64,000 nt of DNA from Bacteroidota bacterium (GTDB lineage Bacteria > Bacteroidota > Bacteroidia > Bacteroidales > VadinHA17), in the NCBI GenBank assembly GCA_012729475.1, contig JAAYDB010000143.1, positions 6,583-70,582 of the forward strand, in the 5' to 3' direction. This document shows, piece after piece, positions 59,503 through 64,000 of this stretch. The position numbers and the translations under genes are program-made. How positions within the stretch are numbered: position 1 is the first letter of the stretch; the number at the start of each line of letters is the position of its first letter. A model generated the notes under the pieces. The model was not told the DNA's origin. It made no database searches and saw only the letters and a program-made list of their open reading frames with translations.

Positions 59503-60384
59503 ATGTTACGAAGTGTTGCCATATTCAGTAAAGATACCAATGCCAGGACGAAAGATTCTGTACAGAAGCTTATTGATGAATTCAGCGCAAGAGGAATAGT
59601 TGTTCAGCTCTTTCAGCGATCTGGCGAGATGAATCATCCTTACACCGGTAGTTCTCTTGTTTTTATTAAAGACATTAAATCCATATTATCACATCTGCCT
59701 GATATGATTTTCAGTGTGGGAGGTGATGGTACTTTTCTTGAGACAGTCCTCAGGGTGAAAGAAACGGGCGTTCCTGTGGCAGGTGTTAATACCGGGAGGA
59801 TGGGGTTTCTTGCAAATATTCCAAATGAAGATCTGGATCAATCCGTTGATCTGTTGTGCAAGGGTAGTTATGAAATAGTTGAACGTTCTATGCTGGAAAT
59901 ACAACGGCCTGCCAAAATTTTTGGAGGTGATGCTGCCTCGGCTTTGAATGAGATTACTATCCAGAAAGCCAGTATGAGTATGATAACCATTCATGTCTAT
60001 GTGAATGATGAGTTTTTAAATACCTACTGGGCCGACGGATTGATAGTGTCGACTGCCACAGGGTCAACAGCTTATAATCTGAGTGTTGGGGGACCTATTC
60101 TTTCTCCAGAAGATGAAAGTATTATCATTTCCCCCATATCACCTCATAATCTTACTATAAGACCTATAGTCCTGTCGGGCGAGAGCCGGCTCAGGATGAT
60201 GCTGGAAGCCAGGGCAGATGAGTTCCTTGCTACCTGCGATTTCAGATACAGGAAACTTCCTTTAGGTGAAGAAATACATATAGTGAGAAGTGATATCCGG
60301 CTGAAGACGGTGATGCTAAAGGGGAGGGGCTTTTACAGTACTTTGCGTAACAGGTTGATGTGGGGTGCGGATAAAAGAAACTAA
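59503..60384 (+). CDS. nadK: NAD kinase
   Basis: 293 aa, ...GGDGTFL..., ...GVNTGRMGFL..., ...STATGSTAYNLS.GGPI... Confidence 0.95.
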   Translation: MLRSVAIFSKDTNARTKDSVQKLIDEFSARGIVVQLFQRSGEMNHPYTGSSLVFIKDIKSILSHLPDMIFSVGGDGTFLETVLRVKETGVPVAGVNTGRMGFLANIPNEDLDQSVDLLCKGSYEIVERSMLEIQRPAKIFGGDAASALNEITIQKASMSMITIHVYVNDEFLNTYWADGLIVSTATGSTAYNLSVGGPILSPEDESIIISPISPHNLTIRPIVLSGESRLRMMLEARADEFLATCDFRYRKLPLGEEIHIVRSDIRLKTVMLKGRGFYSTLRNRLMWGADKRN

Positions 60385-60516
60385 AAAGCACCTGACGGTA
60401 CTCACATCCGGTATATTTGACTATTAATCTATATATTATTACTAATTTTGTATAGTGATCTTACTTGCTCTAAAATTAGATTATTATATTTGTAACAGCA
60501 ATAAAAAAAGCATAAA

Positions 60517-61263
60517 ATGAAAAGAACCCTTCTTATTGTTTTAATATCCTGCCTTATTGTCCCTTTTTCTTATGGTCAGTTATGGAAAATGAGAAGATGG
60601 GAACTGGTGGGTGGTGCAGGCCCTTCTTTCTTCTTTGGAGATGTGGGAGGATATTCCCGTACAGATAATTTACTGGGTTTTCGTGACATTACTTATCTGC
60701 AGACACGTTATAATATTAACGGCAACCTGAAGTACAGGGCTACAAGGGTGATGAATCTACGGCTCAGTTTAACCTATGCTCTTTTCAATGCTACTGATAT
60801 TCGGGGATCGAATGAAAACAGGGACTATCAATCCATGACATCTCTTTTCGAACCTTCTTTTATCGGAGAGTATTATTTTATAAAGAACAGGGCTGAGATG
60901 AGTTACCTTTTCATCAAGGGCCGCAGAAGCTTTTTTTCGCAGATAATGCGCTCACTTGACTTTTATGCTTTTACCGGTGTCGGGGGAGCCGCCTATACTG
61001 TTAAACCTAATGATGCTCTTTTGGACAGGGATATGCCTACAGAAGGATTTGCTGCCATTATACCTGTAGGAATAGGAACCACCCTTATATACAATCCGAA
61101 TATCAATTTCGGGGTTGAGCTGGGTGCAAGATATGCTTTGTCTGATTATCTTGACGGATATACTTCACAATTTTCCAAGGCAAATGACGTTTATTATTTT
61201 TTAAACTTTACTTTGACATACAAACTGAAGACAGGCCCAAGGGGCTGGCCATCTTTCAGATAA
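60517..61263 (+). CDS. Outer-membrane beta-barrel protein (DUF6089-like)
   Basis: 248 aa with a signal peptide, alternating beta-strand pattern and a C-terminal aromatic residue. Paralogue of the next gene. Confidence 0.6.
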   Translation: MKRTLLIVLISCLIVPFSYGQLWKMRRWELVGGAGPSFFFGDVGGYSRTDNLLGFRDITYLQTRYNINGNLKYRATRVMNLRLSLTYALFNATDIRGSNENRDYQSMTSLFEPSFIGEYYFIKNRAEMSYLFIKGRRSFFSQIMRSLDFYAFTGVGGAAYTVKPNDALLDRDMPTEGFAAIIPVGIGTTLIYNPNINFGVELGARYALSDYLDGYTSQFSKANDVYYFLNFTLTYKLKTGPRGWPSFR

Positions 61264-61284
61264 TAATGAACGGGGTCATTTTTA

Positions 61285-61962
61285 ATGAAACGATTACCTT
61301 GGATTATCTTTCTTATAAGCATTTTTACTTCCGCTGCAGGGCAGCGTAGTGCTGATTATGGCATTCTCGGAGGAATATCTTCATACCTCGGAGATATCAA
61401 TCCAAACAGACTTCTTTATTCCCCTCAGCCGGCCGGCGGAATTTTTTACCGATATAATCTCCATCCGCGACAGTCACTGAGGGCTAATATACTTTACGGA
61501 GGGCTAAGAGGCAATGACCTTGATTTTAATAACAGCTTCCAGCAATCCAGAGCTGAATCTTTTTCAGCTACGGTAGGAGAAGTAGTTTTGCAGTTTGAAT
61601 TCAATTTCTTACCATATACCACCCTGGGCAAAACCTGGGATTTCACACCCTATATTGCTGCAGGAGCCGGTGCAGCATTTATTAATTCGGAATATTCCTC
61701 CATTGAACCGGTAATCCCGTTTTCATTTGGCTTTAAGGTAAATATCCATAAAAATATGGGTCTTGAAGCAGAATATGGATTTCGTAAATCTTTTTATGAT
61801 AACTTTGACGGGCTTAACGATATGGTATCTCCGTCAGATTACGGATTGATTCATAACAATGACTGGTATTCATTTATGGGTCTGGCATTCACCTGGAAGA
61901 TATTCAACAGGATGACAGCTTGCCCTACCTATAATGATGTGGACGGTAAAAGAAAACGGTAG
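61285..61962 (+). CDS. Outer-membrane beta-barrel protein (DUF6089-like)
   Basis: 225 aa with a signal peptide. ...GILGGISSYLGDINP..., ...GLEAEYGFRKSFYDNFDG... Upstream of uppS-bamA, as usual in Bacteroidota. Confidence 0.6.
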   Translation: MKRLPWIIFLISIFTSAAGQRSADYGILGGISSYLGDINPNRLLYSPQPAGGIFYRYNLHPRQSLRANILYGGLRGNDLDFNNSFQQSRAESFSATVGEVVLQFEFNFLPYTTLGKTWDFTPYIAAGAGAAFINSEYSSIEPVIPFSFGFKVNIHKNMGLEAEYGFRKSFYDNFDGLNDMVSPSDYGLIHNNDWYSFMGLAFTWKIFNRMTACPTYNDVDGKRKR

Positions 61963-61965
61963 AAT

Positions 61966-62739
61966 ATGTCATTAGTAAAGGAAATTAATAAATCACAGCT
62001 TCCACAGCATATTGCAATAATCATGGATGGGAATGGCAGATGGGCCCTCAGACATGGTAAAGACAGGATATTCGGGCATCATCAGGGAGTGGAATCAGTA
62101 AGAGTGGTAATTGAAACTGCTGCTGAACTTGGGATAAACTACCTGACTCTTTATGCTTTTTCCACTGAAAACTGGGAAAGACCGGATGAAGAAGTTGCAG
62201 CATTAATGGGACTCATGGTTCAGTCACTTAATGATGAGACCGATACCCTTCTGAAGAATAACATCAAACTCTCAGCAATAGGAGATATTGACAGGCTTGA
62301 TGAAGATGTGAAGAAAAGATTATTCGAGACTATCCAGGTAACATCGGTCTCGACAGGACTTAACCTGGTTGTGGCACTTAGCTACAGTTCACGCTGGGAA
62401 ATAATAAAAGCCGTAAAACAAATAGCAGGTGAAGTGGCAAACGGAAGCCTGGAGATAAACAGTATTGATCAATCCCTTTTTGATCATTATCTCTCAACAA
62501 AAGAAATACCCGATCCTGACCTGTTGATAAGAACAAGCGGTGAATTGAGAATAAGTAATTTCCTTCTTTGGCAATTGGCTTACAGTGAGTTGTATTTTAC
62601 AGAAATACTTTGGCCTGATTTTGGTAAGGAAGATTTTTATAAGGCAATTATTCAATTTCAGAAAAGAGAAAGACGGTTTGGCAAAACAAGCGAACAGATA
62701 TCTGAGAAAAAGTGTAATGATGGAGAGAAATCATTTTAA
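61966..62739 (+). CDS. uppS: Isoprenyl transferase (undecaprenyl-diphosphate synthase)
   Basis: 257 aa, ...HIAIIMDGNGRWA..., ...LTLYAFSTENW.RP..., ...IRTSGE.RISNFLLWQ.AYSE... Confidence 0.96.
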   Translation: MSLVKEINKSQLPQHIAIIMDGNGRWALRHGKDRIFGHHQGVESVRVVIETAAELGINYLTLYAFSTENWERPDEEVAALMGLMVQSLNDETDTLLKNNIKLSAIGDIDRLDEDVKKRLFETIQVTSVSTGLNLVVALSYSSRWEIIKAVKQIAGEVANGSLEINSIDQSLFDHYLSTKEIPDPDLLIRTSGELRISNFLLWQLAYSELYFTEILWPDFGKEDFYKAIIQFQKRERRFGKTSEQISEKKCNDGEKSF

Positions 62740-64000
62740 AAAGATTATTGCGGGGTTGTTAACGATTGTGACTTGCATTCCTCTGTTTTCTCAGGAGAAA
62801 ACAGAGATTTTAGATTATTCAAAATCAGATATATATGTTTTGGGAGGTATTACTATCTCAGGAATCAGATTCCTCGATCTTAATGCACTGGTGGGCTTAT
62901 CAGGACTGAAAGAAGGACAGGAAATGAGAATACCCGGAGAAACTGTTTCCAATGCTGCCAAAAAACTATGGAACCAGGGTCTGTTCTCCGATGTCAGGAT
63001 AACCATTGACAGCCTGAAAGCTGATACGGCATTCCTGAATATCTATCTCCAGGAAAGACCAAGATTGTCATCTATCAGTTTTACAGGACTTAAAACTTCA
63101 GAAATTAATGATATTACAGATAAAATCAATATGCCTATAGGGTCACAGATAACTTCATATATACTTGAAAATACCAGAAAGATCATCACTGATCATTTTG
63201 TCGAAAAGGGTTTTCTTAATACAACAGTTGATTTTATTCAGAAAGATGATCCTACACAGCCCAATAATCTTACCCTTACAATTAATGTTGACAAAAAGGA
63301 GAAAGTAAAGATAAAAGAGATAACATTTAAGGGTAATGAATATTTTGATGAGAAGAAGCTCCGGCGCCAGATGAAAGAAACAAAACAGAGGGATCTCAAT
63401 ATATTCAAACCATCAAAGTACATCGGACAAAAATATGATGAGGATAAGAAGAATCTCACCATTTTTTATAATGATAATGGTTTCAGGGATTTTGAGATTG
63501 TCTCCGATTCAATGTACTGGATATCTGAGGACAGGGTTGGTATTCAGATAAATATTGATGAAGGCGATCAGTATTTCCTCAGGGATGTTGAATGGGTGGG
63601 CAACAGTGTGTACCGGAGAGAGGATCTTGAAAGGGTTTTTAACATCAAGAAAGGATCGGTTTATAACCAGACACTGATAAATGACAGGCTTACCGGAGCC
63701 AGTGGAGCAGAAGATGCTGTGAGTAATCTGTATCTCGACTATGGTTATCTGACTTCTCAGCTGTCTCCTGTGGAAGCAAATATAGAAAACGATTCGATCG
63801 ATCTTCAGATAAGAATATACGAAGGTGAACAGTCCTATATCAATAATATTATCATTACAGGTAATACTAGGACGAATGAGCATGTGCCAAGACGAGAGCT
63901 CTATACTCTTCCCGGTGATCTTTTCAGTAAGTCGGATATAATGCGATCCATTCGCCAGCTTGGTGTCCTTGGCCATTTCGATCCCGAGAAGATCAATCCC
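62717..64000 (+). CDS. bamA: Outer membrane protein assembly factor BamA, N-terminal part (3' end off window)
   Basis: ATG 62717, MMERNHFKKIIAGLLTIVTCIPLFSQ..., then POTRA repeats (...ISGIRFLDLNALVGLSGLKEGQEM..., ...ITFKGNEYFDEKKLRRQM...). Open to the window end and absent from the track because it has no stop. Overlaps uppS by 23 nt. Confidence 0.9.
   Translation, partial: MMERNHFKKIIAGLLTIVTCIPLFSQEKTEILDYSKSDIYVLGGITISGIRFLDLNALVGLSGLKEGQEMRIPGETVSNAAKKLWNQGLFSDVRITIDSLKADTAFLNIYLQERPRLSSISFTGLKTSEINDITDKINMPIGSQITSYILENTRKIITDHFVEKGFLNTTVDFIQKDDPTQPNNLTLTINVDKKEKVKIKEITFKGNEYFDEKKLRRQMKETKQRDLNIFKPSKYIGQKYDEDKKNLTIFYNDNGFRDFEIVSDSMYWISEDRVGIQINIDEGDQYFLRDVEWVGNSVYRREDLERVFNIKKGSVYNQTLINDRLTGASGAEDAVSNLYLDYGYLTSQLSPVEANIENDSIDLQIRIYEGEQSYINNIIITGNTRTNEHVPRRELYTLPGDLFSKSDIMRSIRQLGVLGHFDPEKINP

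Overview
The window looks like a Bacteroidota chromosome segment, roughly 40% G+C by eye. Supporting signs are TAnnTTTG -7 promoter boxes in front of many operons, little Shine-Dalgarno signal, gldD/gldE, T9SS C-terminal sorting domains, and a secY-map-infA order with no adk. It is almost entirely core housekeeping DNA. From about 3.0 to 20.8 kb lies an uninterrupted str-S10-spc-alpha ribosomal superoperon, rpsL to rplQ. This includes rpmD and rpmJ, which the 60-aa ORF track misses. An EF-G paralogue is transcribed divergently from it. Downstream come eno, a long UbiD-family decarboxylase, and a PP2C phosphatase convergent with a hybrid histidine kinase. These are followed by two secreted hypotheticals, hisS, ychF, an M14 peptidase, a PafA-like phosphatase and a GGGPS-PPTase-gldD-gldE-ssb block. 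Next come HU plus a 29-aa bS22-like ORF, RNase G, DsbD, a small accessory patch at 44-47 kb, and a further run of housekeeping genes ending in a partial bamA. I see no tRNA, rRNA, CRISPR array, transposase, integrase or recognisable defence or toxin genes. The best candidate for something undescribed is non-coding. It is a promoter-to-terminator block of about 500 nt at about 22447-22950, between eno and the UbiD-family gene. It is G+C-enriched, rich in tetraloop hairpins, and preceded by a perfect 22-bp palindrome, and I cannot match it to any RNA family I know. Everything else is of modest interest. All calls come from reading the sequence and from remembered family signatures. No searches were run.
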